From: Actinomycetota bacterium
Lineage (GTDB): Bacteria > Actinomycetota > UBA4738 > HRBIN12
Reading direction: 5' to 3'
Assembly (NCBI GenBank): GCA_016201135.1
Contig: JACQDK010000040.1
Location: forward strand, 6,492-70,491
DNA: 64,000 nucleotides
Position 1 is the first letter of the stretch, and every line of letters begins with the position of its first letter. Shown here piece after piece: positions 38,083-49,492 of this stretch. A program made the translations under genes and the position numbers. The notes under the pieces were generated by a model. It was not told the DNA's origin. It did not search any database and was given only the letters and a program-made list of their open reading frames with translations.

Positions 38083-39513
38083 CTACCCGGGCCGCTTCAC
38101 GCGCGAGAGGTCGTCGAGCTGCCGGCCCAGCCACCTCGCAGGCGTGTTCGCGAGCACCGTCCGCGCGAGGCCGCGCGCCCGGCGGGTTCGCTCCGGCGGC
38201 GGCATCTCCAGCGCTTCGCGGATAGCGTCCGCCGTCTCGGCGACGTCGAACGGGTTCACGCCCAGGGCGTAGCGTCCGAGCCTTCCGAACGCGCCGGCGT
38301 TGCGCGAGAGCACCAGCGCCCCGTGACGGCGGTTCAGCAGCGGTCCCTCCATCGCGACGAGGTTCATCCCGTCGAAGACCGGGTTGACCAGCAGGACGTC
38401 GTACAGCCCGAGCGCGGCCACCGCCTCCGGGTAGTCCTCGCGCACGCTCACGTGGACCGGAGTCCACCCGTGGTCGCCGTACTCCCGGTTGATGCGCTCG
38501 GCCTCGGCGAGGCACTCGTCGGTGTAGGCCTGGTACTCGGGGATCTCCGAGCGGGACGGGGAGAGCAGCGCGAGGAACGTCACGCGACCTCGCCACCCCG
38601 GATTCGCCCGCAGGAACGACTCGTAGGCAAGGAACCCGCGCACGATGTTCTTCGTGAGCTCCAGCCGGTCCACGCGCAGCAGCAGCGCGCGGTCGCCGCG
38701 GATCCTGGCGATCTCGCGCCGGAGCTTGCGGACCTCGGGCGTCTGCGCCAGCTGGCGCAGGTGGGGGGCCTCCACCGAGATCGGGTAGACGCGCACGAGC
38801 ACCTCTCGGCCGTCGAGCGTGACCCGCGAGCGGGCGAGGTCCACGCGCGCGCCCGGCATCGCGCGGGCCGAGAAGAGGAAGTTCTCGGCCCAGGTCCCCG
38901 TCTGGAACCCCAGCACGTCGGCGCCGAGGAGCCCGCGGAGCAGCGCGTCGCGGATCCTCGCCGGCAGGATCCGGAGATAGGTCGATCCGGCGAACGGCGT
39001 GTGGGAGAAGTGCGCGATGCGCGCGCCCGGCCGGAGCTCCCGCAGGAACCTGGGTACGAGCGACAGGTGGTAGTCCTGCACCAGGAACGGAGGGTCGCCC
39101 GGGATCTCGGCGAGCTCCTCGGCGAACGCGCGGTTGACGGCGACGTAGTCCTCCCACGCCTGCTCGGTCGCGCGGTCGAAGACCGGGGACCGGACGGTGT
39201 CCCAGAGGTAGTGGTGGGCGAACCACAGGGTGCGGTTCGCGACCTCGTTGTAGTAGGCGTCGTACCGGTCCGGAGGCACGACCACGTACCTCATCTCCGC
39301 CGGGAATCCCGCGTCGGGCACGGCCGCTCCGGCCGCCACCTCCCGGTCACCGTCGGTCATCGCGGCGGCAACCCACGTCGCGTCGCGGCCGGGCAGGACG
39401 CCGGCCAGGGCGGTCACCAGGCCGCCCGCGCCGCGCTGGGCCACGAGGCCCCCGCGCTCGTCCCGGTCGAAGCTCACCGGGCCCCGGTTGGAGGCGACGA
39501 CGATGCCGCTCAT
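38083..39513 (-). CDS. otsA: Alpha,alpha-trehalose-phosphate synthase
   Basis: MSGIVVASNRGPVSF...GGLVTAL...LWFAHHYLW...VQDYHLSLVP...HTPF...GMNLVAMEG. ATG 39513 overlaps the treT stop (ATGA). The track ORF is over-extended to 39753. Confidence 0.9.
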   Translation of the reverse strand: MSGIVVASNRGPVSFDRDERGGLVAQRGAGGLVTALAGVLPGRDATWVAAAMTDGDREVAAGAAVPDAGFPAEMRYVVVPPDRYDAYYNEVANRTLWFAHHYLWDTVRSPVFDRATEQAWEDYVAVNRAFAEELAEIPGDPPFLVQDYHLSLVPRFLRELRPGARIAHFSHTPFAGSTYLRILPARIRDALLRGLLGADVLGFQTGTWAENFLFSARAMPGARVDLARSRVTLDGREVLVRVYPISVEAPHLRQLAQTPEVRKLRREIARIRGDRALLLRVDRLELTKNIVRGFLAYESFLRANPGWRGRVTFLALLSPSRSEIPEYQAYTDECLAEAERINREYGDHGWTPVHVSVREDYPEAVAALGLYDVLLVNPVFDGMNLVAMEGPLLNRRHGALVLSRNAGAFGRLGRYALGVNPFDVAETADAIREALEMPPPERTRRARGLARTVLANTPARWLGRQLDDLSRVKRPG

Positions 39514-40751
39514 GAGACCAGGGACGCGAAGAGCCGAAGATGGTCCTCCAGCTCCCGCAGCGACAGGAATCGGTCCCGCACCCGCTCGCGCCCGGCATCG
39601 CCCATCCGCGCCCGCAGCCCCGGATCGAGGAGCAGCGCCGAAAGCCGGTCGGCGCAGGCCTCGGCCGAGTCGACCAGATAGCCTGTCTCGCCGTCGACGA
39701 CCTGCAGGCGGATCCCTCCGACGGCGCCGCCGACGACGGGCTTGCCCTTCCACATCCCCTCGGAGACGACGAGGCCGAACCCCTCGCGCGTCGACTTCTG
39801 TATCACGACGTCGGCGGCGCGCTGGAACGCGTTCACCTCGAGGTGTCCGACCCCGTCCGCGTCTGTGAGCAGCCTGAGGCCGGGGTCCTCGCCCGCGTAC
39901 GATGCCGTGCGCCGCAGGTACTCCTGGCCCTCGGGATCGTCGGCAGCCATCGAGCCGGCCATCACCAGCTGGAGGTCGGGAACCGTCCGGCGCGCGAGCC
40001 TATACGCGTCGATCACGCCGATTGGATCCTTCCACGGGTCGAACCGCGAGATCTGAACCGCGAGCGGCCTCGAGGGATCGACACCGTATCGCGCCAGCAC
40101 TGCCAGCACCTCGCGGCCGGAGAGCGGATGGTTCTTCTCCGTCGTGGGATCGATAGAGGGCGGGATGAAGGCAAGGCGCGGCTGGGTCACGCCCGGCTGG
40201 GCGAAGGCCTCCAGCGTGAAGATCGCGGCGTCGTAGCGGTTGACCATCGGTTCGAAGAACGACCACACGCGCTCGTTGGGGGCGGACAGGTCGATGTGGC
40301 AGCGCCACGTCCAACGGCCGGCGGATCGGTCGCCGAGCTCTGCGAGGAGGGCCGCCGGCTGCGGGTCGTGGATCAGGACCAGGTCCCACGACCCGTCGAA
40401 AGCGGCCGCGTTGGCCCGTACCCGCTCGAGGTAGACCGACTCCATCTCCGGGGTCCAGGCCACGTCCATACCCTGGAGCCCGTTGTGAACGGTCTTCGTG
40501 ACGGTGAAGAAGTCGTCGGAGCCCTCGATGACCGCCCAGGTCGTGTCGATCCCGAGGTCGTTCAAGAGGGGGACGTGGGTGGTCAGGAGCTCGGCGACCC
40601 CACCGCCGTACCCCGTGCTGTTCACCTGCAACAGGCGCATCCCCCGAAGGGGCTCGGCTGCTGCGCGCAGCCGCTCCACGGCGTCCTCTCCCGCGTCGGG
40701 GGCGTACGCTGCGAGCTTGCGCGGAGGGACCTGGACCGTCGGAAGAGTCAC
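39510..40751 (-). CDS. treT: Trehalose glycosyltransferring synthase TreT-type GT4 glycosyltransferase
   Basis: LLQVNSTGYGGGVAELL...VIHDPQPAAL...WRCHIDLS...QISRFDPWKDP...QKSTREGFGLVVSEGMWKGKPVV. GTG 40751. Confidence 0.8.
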   Translation of the reverse strand: MTLPTVQVPPRKLAAYAPDAGEDAVERLRAAAEPLRGMRLLQVNSTGYGGGVAELLTTHVPLLNDLGIDTTWAVIEGSDDFFTVTKTVHNGLQGMDVAWTPEMESVYLERVRANAAAFDGSWDLVLIHDPQPAALLAELGDRSAGRWTWRCHIDLSAPNERVWSFFEPMVNRYDAAIFTLEAFAQPGVTQPRLAFIPPSIDPTTEKNHPLSGREVLAVLARYGVDPSRPLAVQISRFDPWKDPIGVIDAYRLARRTVPDLQLVMAGSMAADDPEGQEYLRRTASYAGEDPGLRLLTDADGVGHLEVNAFQRAADVVIQKSTREGFGLVVSEGMWKGKPVVGGAVGGIRLQVVDGETGYLVDSAEACADRLSALLLDPGLRARMGDAGRERVRDRFLSLRELEDHLRLFASLVS

Positions 40752-40775
40752 CGCCCGAGTCTAGCGGCGCTCGGC

Positions 40776-41201
40776 TCAGTCCTTGTCGGTCAGGAGACGG
40801 CTGAGCGCCTCGGTGCGGCGGGCCATCCGCTCACCGGGCGTCATCGAGTGCACGCGATGCAGAGCCTCGGTCAGCGCCGCCGGGCTGAAGGGCTTGGTCA
40901 GGTAATCCGCGGCTCCCGCCTGCCAGCTCCGCACCTCGTCGTCCCACCGCGCCCTCGCGGTGAGCACCATCACCGGCACGTCCTTCAGCTTCCGGTCGGC
41001 GGCGAGCGCCTCCATCACGTCGAAGCCGTCACGGTTGGGGAGCATGAGGTCGAGCACGATGACGTCGGGGCGCTCGGTCCGGGCGAGCTCCAGGCCGCGG
41101 TCACCGTCGAGCGCCAGGTCCACCTCGTGGCCGGCGTGCCCGAGGTTGACCCTGCAAAGCAGCAGCACGTCCGGGTCGTCGTCGATCACCAGCACGCGCA
41201 C
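40776..41201 (-). CDS. Stand-alone response-regulator receiver domain protein
   Basis: RVLVIDDDPD...DVIVLDLMLPNRDG...PVMVLTAR...AGAADYLTKPF; 141 aa with no DNA-binding domain. Confidence 0.85.
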   Translation of the reverse strand: MRVLVIDDDPDVLLLCRVNLGHAGHEVDLALDGDRGLELARTERPDVIVLDLMLPNRDGFDVMEALAADRKLKDVPVMVLTARARWDDEVRSWQAGAADYLTKPFSPAALTEALHRVHSMTPGERMARRTEALSRLLTDKD

Positions 41202-41318
41202 TCTGTGCTTCTCCTCGCCCCTCCGAACGGGTGACGCTCATCTTCCCTAAGGATGTTGTTCGGACGAAACTGGGCACGTCTGGATACCCAGGTTCGAGTA
41301 GTCGTCGGACCGACCGCG

Positions 41319-41347
41319 TTGACGTGCGGAAACGCCCCACCTACCCT
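41319..41347 (+). promoter_or_regulatory. Candidate sigma-A-type promoter for the Rrf2 gene
   Basis: TTGACG (41319-41324), 17-nt spacer, TACCCT (41342-47); followed by AGGAGG and the start codon. Confidence 0.3.
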
Positions 41348-41364
41348 GGGGTCAGGAGGTGCCC

Positions 41365-41844
41365 GTGCTGAAGGTCTCTCAGAAGCTCGAGTACGCGATG
41401 CGCGCCATGATCGAGCTGGCCCAGCGAAGGGCGGAGGCGGAGGGCACGCTCGTGCCCGCGCGCGAGATCGCCGAGCGCCAGCAGATCCCGCTCCGTTTCC
41501 TGGAGCAGCAGCTCGGCGCCCTTTCCAAGGCGGGGCTCGTCGAGAGCTTCCGGGGCTCGGGCGGCGGGTGTCGCCTCGCGAAGGAGCCGGAGGCGATCAC
41601 GGTCGCGGACATCGCCGACGCGATCGAGGGCCAGATGTTCCCGATGTTCTGCCTGGAGCCCTCGGACCACACCTGCTTCCAGGACTCTCGCTGCGGCTTG
41701 CAGGGGTTCTGGGGCGACGTCGCCCGGGCGATCCAGGGGGTCTTCGAGCAGACCACGGTCGCCGACATGGTCTCGAGGCACCGCAAGATGACTCCGGAGC
41801 GACATCTGATCGCTCCGGAGGCGCTGCTGTCGCGCCTGTCGTAG
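41365..41844 (+). CDS. Rrf2-family transcriptional regulator
   Basis: LKVSQKLEYAMRAMIELA...REIAERQQIPLRFLEQQLGALSKAGLVESFRGSGGG. GTG 41365 lies 5 nt after AGGAGG (the track start 41359 abuts the SD). Cys residues CLEPSDHTCFQDSRC could ligate an Fe-S cluster. Confidence 0.85.
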   Translation: MLKVSQKLEYAMRAMIELAQRRAEAEGTLVPAREIAERQQIPLRFLEQQLGALSKAGLVESFRGSGGGCRLAKEPEAITVADIADAIEGQMFPMFCLEPSDHTCFQDSRCGLQGFWGDVARAIQGVFEQTTVADMVSRHRKMTPERHLIAPEALLSRLS

Positions 41845-41853
41845 GTGCGGGGT

Positions 41854-42003
41854 CTAGCCCTTGCCCAGGATCCGCATCACCTTCGTGCCGCAGACCGGAC
41901 AGGTGCCCTGGGCGGCCTTCCTGCCGTTCTTCAACGTGACCTCGGTGCCCTCGAACTCCCGCTTGGCGCGGCACTTCACGCAGTAGGCCTCGTACTTGGC
42001 CAC
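41854..42003 (-). CDS. Small zinc-ribbon protein (DUF5679-like, 49 aa)
   Basis: VAKYEAYCVKCRAKREFEGTEVTLKNGRKAAQGTCPVCGTKVMRILGKG has two CxxC pairs. GTG 42003 follows GGAGGGGAAGGGGG. The track ORF is over-extended to 42348. Confidence 0.7.
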   Translation of the reverse strand: MAKYEAYCVKCRAKREFEGTEVTLKNGRKAAQGTCPVCGTKVMRILGKG

Positions 42004-42244
42004 GAGCTGCCCCCTTCCCCTCCGTCCGCCCGATCGCGGTCCGTATCTCCCGTAGCTCCGAGGCCGCCCATCGGGGCGGCCTCGCGGACGATGGTGGCCC
42101 CCTACAGGCACGGATGCAAGCACATCCAGGCACGCTCCCCCGGCGGCCCCCGGGGCCCGCCGGATCCTGGGCCTCCGGGCACTCGCACGGCCGACCCGTT
42201 CCTGACTACCATTGCGGCACCCGCGAGCGAGGAGGACCCACACC

Positions 42245-44117
42245 GTGAGCGACGTCGAGCAGAACATCGACGCTCTCCTGCAGGAGCACCGGGTATTCGA
42301 GCCGGCCCCCGAGTTCGTCGCACGGGCGATCGTCTCCGACCCCTCCATCTACGAGCGCGCGGAGGCGGACCCGGAGGGTTTCTGGGCCGAGCAGGCCGAG
42401 CGCCTGACCTGGTTCAGGAAGTGGGACACGGTCATGGAGTGGACCCCGCCGTGGGTGAAGTGGTTCTCCGGGGGCAAGCTGAACGCCTCGTACAACTGCC
42501 TGGACCGTCACGTGGAGGCCGGGGGCGGCGACAAGATCGCGTACCACTGGGAGGGGGAGCCCGGCGAGGAGCGCGCGATCACGTACGCGGAGCTCCTGGA
42601 CGAAGTCTGCCGGTTCGCCAACGCCCTGAAGTCGCTGGGCGTGAAGAAGGGCGACCGCGTGAACATCTACCTCGGCATGGTGCCGGAGCTCCCGGTCGCC
42701 ATGCTCGCGTGCGCGAGGATCGGGGCCCCGCACTCGGTGGTCTTCGGAGGATTCAGCTCCGAGTCGCTGAAGGACCGCATCAACGACGCCCAGGCGACGG
42801 TCCTGATCACGGCGGACGGCGGGTACCGGCGAGGCCAGCTGGTTCCGCTGAAGCAGAACGCCGAGGAGGCTCTCAAGGACTGCCCCTCGATCCAGCACGT
42901 GATCACGGTGAAGCGCATCGGTGGAGATCACCCGTTCACGCCCGGGCGCGATCTCTGGTACCACGAGCTGATAGAGGGTCAGCCGCCCGAGTGCCCGCCC
43001 GAGGAGATGGATGCCGAGGATCTGTTGTACCTGCTCTACACGAGCGGCACGACCGGCAAGCCCAAGGGCATCGCGCACACGACCGGCGGCTACCTCACGC
43101 AGGTGGCCGCGTCGCACCGGATGATCTTCGACATCCACGACGACGACGTCTTCTGGTGCGCGGCCGACATCGGATGGGTCACCGGCCACTCCTACATCGT
43201 CTACGGCCCCCTCGCGAACCACACGACGGGGATCATCTACGAGGGTGCGCCGGACTGGCCGGACAAGGACCGCATCTGGCAGATCGCCGAGAAGTACCGC
43301 GCGACGATCCTCTACACGGCGCCCACCGCCATCCGCGCGTTCATGCGCTGGGGCACCGAGTACCCGGAGCGCCGCGACCTGTCCTCGCTCCGGCTCCTGG
43401 GGACCGTGGGCGAGCCGATCAATCCCGAGGCGTGGGTGTGGTACTGGAAGTTCATCGGCGGAGAGCGATGCCCGGTCGTGGACACCTGGTGGCAGACCGA
43501 GACGGGAGCGATCCTGATCACGCCGCTGCCGGGGATCACGCCTACGAAGCCGGGCTCGGCCACCAGGCCGTTCCCGGGGGTGAGCGCCGACGTCGTGGAC
43601 GAGCAGGGCAACTCGGTGGGCTTCGGAGGAGGCGGATACCTGGTCCTGAAGCGGCCGTGGCCCGCGATCGCGCGCACGATCTGGGGCGACGACGATCGTT
43701 ACGTGCAGACCTACTTCAGCAAGTACGGGCCGGACGCACCGTCTCTCGACGTACGAGATCGAGAGTGCGCTCGTCGACGACCCGAAGGTCGCAGAGGCGG
43801 CCGTTGTGTCGAAACCGGACGACCTGGTCGGCGAGGCCATCGTGGCGTTCGTGACCCTGAAGTCGGGCATCGAGGGCGACGATCGGATGGCCGAGGAGCT
43901 CCGCGACCACGTGGCCAGGATGATCGGGAAGATCGCTCGCCCGCACGGGATCATCTTCACGAACGACCTGCCGAAGACCCGGTCGGGCAAGATCATGCGC
44001 CGGCTCCTGCGAGACGTCGCGCGGGGCCGTCCCCTCGGAGACGTCACGACGCTCGCCAACGCCGAGATCGTCGATCAGATCCGCGAGATGTCCCAGACCA
44101 CCACCGGGGACGAGTGA
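42245..44117 (+). pseudogene. acs: Acetyl-CoA synthetase broken by a deletion plus frameshift near 43740
   Basis: Frame 2 carries [18 protein letters not shown]...up to TYFSKYGPD. Frame 0 resumes at [23 protein letters not shown]...[15 protein letters not shown] to TGA 44117. About 30 aa (GDxARRDEDGYYWIxGRxDDVxNVSGH) are missing. Confidence 0.9.
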
Positions 44118-44536
44118 TGCGGGGCCGGCGGGTTCTCTCGGACGACGAGGCGGCCTTCGTCGACGCGCAGCGGGTGGCCCGCATGGCCACCGTCTCGCCG
44201 GACGGCACCCCGCACGTGGCGCCGATCTGTCCGGTCCTCGACGGTGACCGGATCGTCGTGGCGAGCGGCACCGCGTCTGCCAAGGTCCGCAACCTCAGGC
44301 GGCAACCTCGCCTTGCGATCGTCTTCGACGAGTACTTGGAGGACTGGGGCTTGCTGAAGCACGCCGTCGTCTTCGGCGAGGCCACCCTCGTCGAGGAGGG
44401 GCCGCGGTTCGAACGCGGGCGCGCTCTCCTTTACGAGAAGTACCCCCAGTACCCGCGGGAGGACCCGATCGAGGAGGGGAAGTCGGTCTGCATCGAGGTC
44501 TCGATCGCGCGGGTCGCGGCTATGGGATTCGAGTAG
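44117..44536 (+). CDS. Pyridoxamine 5'-phosphate oxidase-like (PPOX class, FMN/F420-binding split barrel) protein
   Basis: ATG 44117 overlaps the acs [20 protein letters not shown]...[18 protein letters not shown]. Confidence 0.75.
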   Translation: MRGRRVLSDDEAAFVDAQRVARMATVSPDGTPHVAPICPVLDGDRIVVASGTASAKVRNLRRQPRLAIVFDEYLEDWGLLKHAVVFGEATLVEEGPRFERGRALLYEKYPQYPREDPIEEGKSVCIEVSIARVAAMGFE

Positions 44537-46487
44537 GCAGGCGCCGCCGCCGCACGGTCGAGAGGTACGCGGCCGCCCATCCGGCCAGGGCGACGGCAAC
44601 GGCGACCAGGGTCCCGTTCGACCCCTGGAGCCTGAGTCCCGCCCGATCGGCGGCGAAGGCGGCGACGACGACGGCAGCCATCCCGACGGCGGGCGCGACG
44701 GCGAACCGTTCCAGCGGTCGCAGATCCGGGAGGCCGACGACGGTCCAGCCGACCCCGATCGTTCCCAGGGCCAGCACTGAGGCGAGCGCGAGCGCCACGA
44801 GCCGTCCGGCCCCCGGCAGTGGCTCGGGACTCGCGGGCGTGAGGCGGTCCGGGGGAAGAGGACCTTCGAGCACGACGAGATCCCCTGCGATCACTCGGTC
44901 GGGCATCGCCCTCGCGATCTCCTCGAAGGCGGGGGAGTAGGACCTCGAGACGAGGATGACGTGCGGTCGCGCGAGCAGCGGCTGGACCAGGGCCCACTGC
45001 GCCATCGAGACCTCGTTGTACGCCGGGTCGGACGTGAGCGTGGGCTCGCCCGCCAGTAGGCGCTGCGGGGTTCCCAGGTAGAACCACGTGTCGGCGATCC
45101 GATCGACCGGCAGCGTGGTGCGCATGGTGTCCTGCATGACGTCGAAGTCGTTGAGCGGCGCACCGGCGACGTCGCCGACCTCGATCGCGGGCACCCCGGC
45201 CGGCACCTGGCTCGTCAGGTACTCGGCGATGACCGCGGCTTCCGCCCTCCTGTCACCCCGGATCGTCGGCCTGTTGTGAGCCCAGAGGAAGAACCCGGCG
45301 GCGGTCACCACGAGCACGCCGCACGCGACTGCCACGACGGACGAACGGGGGAACCGCCTCCCGACCCGTTCCCCGGCCCAAAGGAGGGCGACGGCGCCGA
45401 GCATCGGGATCGGCAGCGCCAGGATGAACAGCCGGTGCGCCGGGAACGACCGGAGCCCCAGGATCCACGCCACGAGGAGGGCCAGCAACACCGCCAGCCA
45501 CGCGCCGAACAGGACCGACAGGACCCGCCGCTCGGCTGGGCGGGTCGCCTTCTCCCGCGCCCCCAGGCAGACCCAACCGAGGGCGGCGGCCGGGACGGAG
45601 ATCGGGAAGCCGTACCTGGGGAGCTGAGCCCTGACCTTCGCCGCGAATTCCTGAGGGCTCCCGTAGAAGCGGTCGGGCACCGCTCTCACGAGGACCGCGA
45701 GCGCGACCGCCCACCCCGTGATGGCTACGGCCAGCACGGCGAGGATCCGCCCCGAGACGGTCTCGGCCAGCGAGACCCCACCGCGCCGGCTGCTCCGCGC
45801 GTCGGGCAGGGTGACGAGCACGACTCCAAGCAGAGCGGCGACCAGGATCGCTGCGGTCGGCCAATGGATGAGCGCGGTGACCGCCAGGAGCGCTGCCGCG
45901 GCAGCAAGCCCATGACCGCGCCGCGTCAGGTAGACGACGGCCACGAGGGCGGCGAGCCCGACGGTCATGGCCAGCATCGCGTCCGCGTAGTACTCGGGCC
46001 CTGCCATCTGCACGACCATCGGCGAGAACCCCACGACGGCCGCGATCAAGGCGAACTCCCCAAGGCGCGCCTCGATGTCGGACGTTACGAGCGCGGCCGC
46101 CCCGAGCCCGATCGTTGCTGCCGTCACCGCGGGCAGCATGGCGGCCACGGTGAAGAGCGAGGTCGAGGACATGGAGCTGAGCGTGAGAGCCACCAGGGGG
46201 AAGCCGGCGCGGCTGGGAAGGGCCTGGAATGCCTGCGGAGCGCACCGGCCGAGCGCCTCCATCCCGCCCTGGGACACGCAGCGCGCTCGCCACAGGTACT
46301 GAGCGGTGTCGTAGCCGAGGGGCTGGTCGAAGTGACGGAGCGGGTACAGGGCGAGGTAGAAGCCAGCGATCGCCAGGGAAAGCCCAGCACAGCAGAGGAG
46401 GGCGCCCCGCCACTCGCCCGAGGACGCGAGATCGGCGCGAGCCGCGCTCCGCGAGGATCGCTCGGAACGCGACGCGCCTTCAGTCAC
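44520..46487 (-). CDS. Large polytopic membrane protein, GT-C-like topology; paralogue of 28859-30895
   Basis: 655 aa, same architecture and shared blocks ([12 protein letters not shown]; [10 protein letters not shown]; C-terminal TM bundle). Its 3' end overlaps the convergent PPOX gene by 17 nt. Confidence 0.7.
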   Translation of the reverse strand: MTEGASRSERSSRSAARADLASSGEWRGALLCCAGLSLAIAGFYLALYPLRHFDQPLGYDTAQYLWRARCVSQGGMEALGRCAPQAFQALPSRAGFPLVALTLSSMSSTSLFTVAAMLPAVTAATIGLGAAALVTSDIEARLGEFALIAAVVGFSPMVVQMAGPEYYADAMLAMTVGLAALVAVVYLTRRGHGLAAAAALLAVTALIHWPTAAILVAALLGVVLVTLPDARSSRRGGVSLAETVSGRILAVLAVAITGWAVALAVLVRAVPDRFYGSPQEFAAKVRAQLPRYGFPISVPAAALGWVCLGAREKATRPAERRVLSVLFGAWLAVLLALLVAWILGLRSFPAHRLFILALPIPMLGAVALLWAGERVGRRFPRSSVVAVACGVLVVTAAGFFLWAHNRPTIRGDRRAEAAVIAEYLTSQVPAGVPAIEVGDVAGAPLNDFDVMQDTMRTTLPVDRIADTWFYLGTPQRLLAGEPTLTSDPAYNEVSMAQWALVQPLLARPHVILVSRSYSPAFEEIARAMPDRVIAGDLVVLEGPLPPDRLTPASPEPLPGAGRLVALALASVLALGTIGVGWTVVGLPDLRPLERFAVAPAVGMAAVVVAAFAADRAGLRLQGSNGTLVAVAVALAGWAAAYLSTVRRRRLPTRIP

Positions 46488-46640
46488 GGATCACGCGCCC
46501 GCGACGAAGTCCGCCACTCGACCCCCTCCAATCTGCGTGCCTCCGTCTGCGGCGGCGCTCGAGCAGCGACGCTAGACCTCGACCGCCGGCTGCGCAAGGC
46601 GGGGCCGTGCGTAGTGGGTCAGTTTGGATCGGGCGGCCGA

Positions 46641-47417
46641 TCAGAAGCCAAGGTCCCGGCGACGCTGGCCGAGGTACCAGTCCGCGGTCTGGTCCAGGTT
46701 CAGGTCGACCCGTTGCACCTGGGTATTTCCGACCGGGAGTTCTGCCACCACCGCCCCGTCGGGAGCGACGACCATGCTCGGGCAGTGCTGTGAAGACGAT
46801 GCGGCGTTCGCGCTGACGACGAACCGCTGGTTCTCGGCGGCCCTTGCGACCAGCAGGGCCCGCCACGTCTCGAACACCCGGGCGTCGGCCTGGCCATGGT
46901 TCAGGTGCAGGAACAGCCGCGCCCCCCGCTCGGCCAGCGACCGCCACTGCTCGGGGTACCGGAGTTCGCGGCAGAGCTGTACGCCCACCGGCACCCAGGC
47001 TGATGCCGATGGCACCTCGAAGACCGGAAGCTCATCGCCGGGTCGGAACATCCCGCGCTCGTCTGTGGCGAGGTTCACCTTGCGGTAGGTCAGCCGGGTG
47101 CCATCGCCGAGGAGCCCGACCGCCTCGTTCGACCAGGCTCCATCCTCCCGTCGGCACACCCCGAGCCAAAGGTGCAAGTCTCGTTGAACGGCCTCGTAGG
47201 CGAGGGAATCGATAGCCTCGACCACCTCCCCGGGATCCGTCTTGGCCAGACGCTCGACGTCGGCCCGGCCGTGGACGAGGCATCCGGTCAGCGATCCTTC
47301 CGGCGTCACCACGACGTCTCCGGGCTCAGCGTGGGTGAGCACGCCCAGTATCGTGTCGAGGTTGCGCGGCACCGAGAAGTCCACCGGGATCTGGGCAAGG
47401 ACCACGCCTACCTGCAC
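46641..47417 (-). CDS. Carbon-nitrogen hydrolase (nitrilase superfamily)
   Basis: VVVTPEGSLTG (Glu), YRKVNL (Lys), and GVQLCRELRYPE (Cys) form the catalytic triad pattern. Confidence 0.8.
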   Translation of the reverse strand: MQVGVVLAQIPVDFSVPRNLDTILGVLTHAEPGDVVVTPEGSLTGCLVHGRADVERLAKTDPGEVVEAIDSLAYEAVQRDLHLWLGVCRREDGAWSNEAVGLLGDGTRLTYRKVNLATDERGMFRPGDELPVFEVPSASAWVPVGVQLCRELRYPEQWRSLAERGARLFLHLNHGQADARVFETWRALLVARAAENQRFVVSANAASSSQHCPSMVVAPDGAVVAELPVGNTQVQRVDLNLDQTADWYLGQRRRDLGF

Positions 47418-47547
47418 GGCCGGACGCTACTACGGACCGCTGAAGTTCGGGGACTCGGGTCCACTCGAACCGTGACCCATCACCGAGCCGTCCGACGGCC
47501 CAGCCCGGGCACGCGAGAGCCCGCGGGAGGAGCCCGGCGGCCGGCAC

Positions 47548-47578
47548 TTGCCACGTCGGGGCGGTTTCGGGCTACAAT
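47548..47578 (+). promoter_or_regulatory. Candidate groEL promoter
   Basis: TTGCCA (47548-53), 19-nt spacer, TACAAT (47573-78), immediately followed by CIRCE. Confidence 0.4.
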
Positions 47579-47580
47579 CC

Positions 47581-49288
<1,708 letters not shown>

Positions 49289-49313
49289 GGTTCAGGCTCG
49301 GAAGAAGCGACGG

Positions 49314-49339
49314 AGGGGCCCCGGGCGACCGGGGCCCCT
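49314..49339 (+). terminator. groEL terminator hairpin
   Basis: AGGGGCCCCGG-GCGA-CCGGGGCCCCT, an 11-bp stem 26 nt after the groEL stop. Confidence 0.65.
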
Positions 49340-49434
49340 TCAGTTCGTGAAGGGCTCCACATGTCCTCCACATCCGGCAGGTGAACCTTCGAGAGCGGTC
49401 CGGCGAACGGCTGGGTGGAGCCCCTCTCTCCGAC

Positions 49435-49470
49435 GGAGAAGGCCCGGACCTCAAGGTCCGGGCCTTCTCC
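49435..49470 (+). terminator. Second, stronger hairpin between groEL and the larE-like gene
   Basis: GGAGAAGGCCCGGACC-TCAA-GGTCCGGGCCTTCTCC, a perfect 16-bp stem ending 23 nt before GTG 49493. Confidence 0.5.
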
Positions 49471-49492
49471 TCGTCGTGGGAGAATCGCCCTA

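Noticed and set aside
49415-49492. The track start codon for the larE-like ORF at 49415.
   Set aside because: The extension would be translated through a perfect 16-bp hairpin and reads as Arg/Ser/Pro filler. GTG 49493, downstream of a GGGAG, gives a normal N-terminus.
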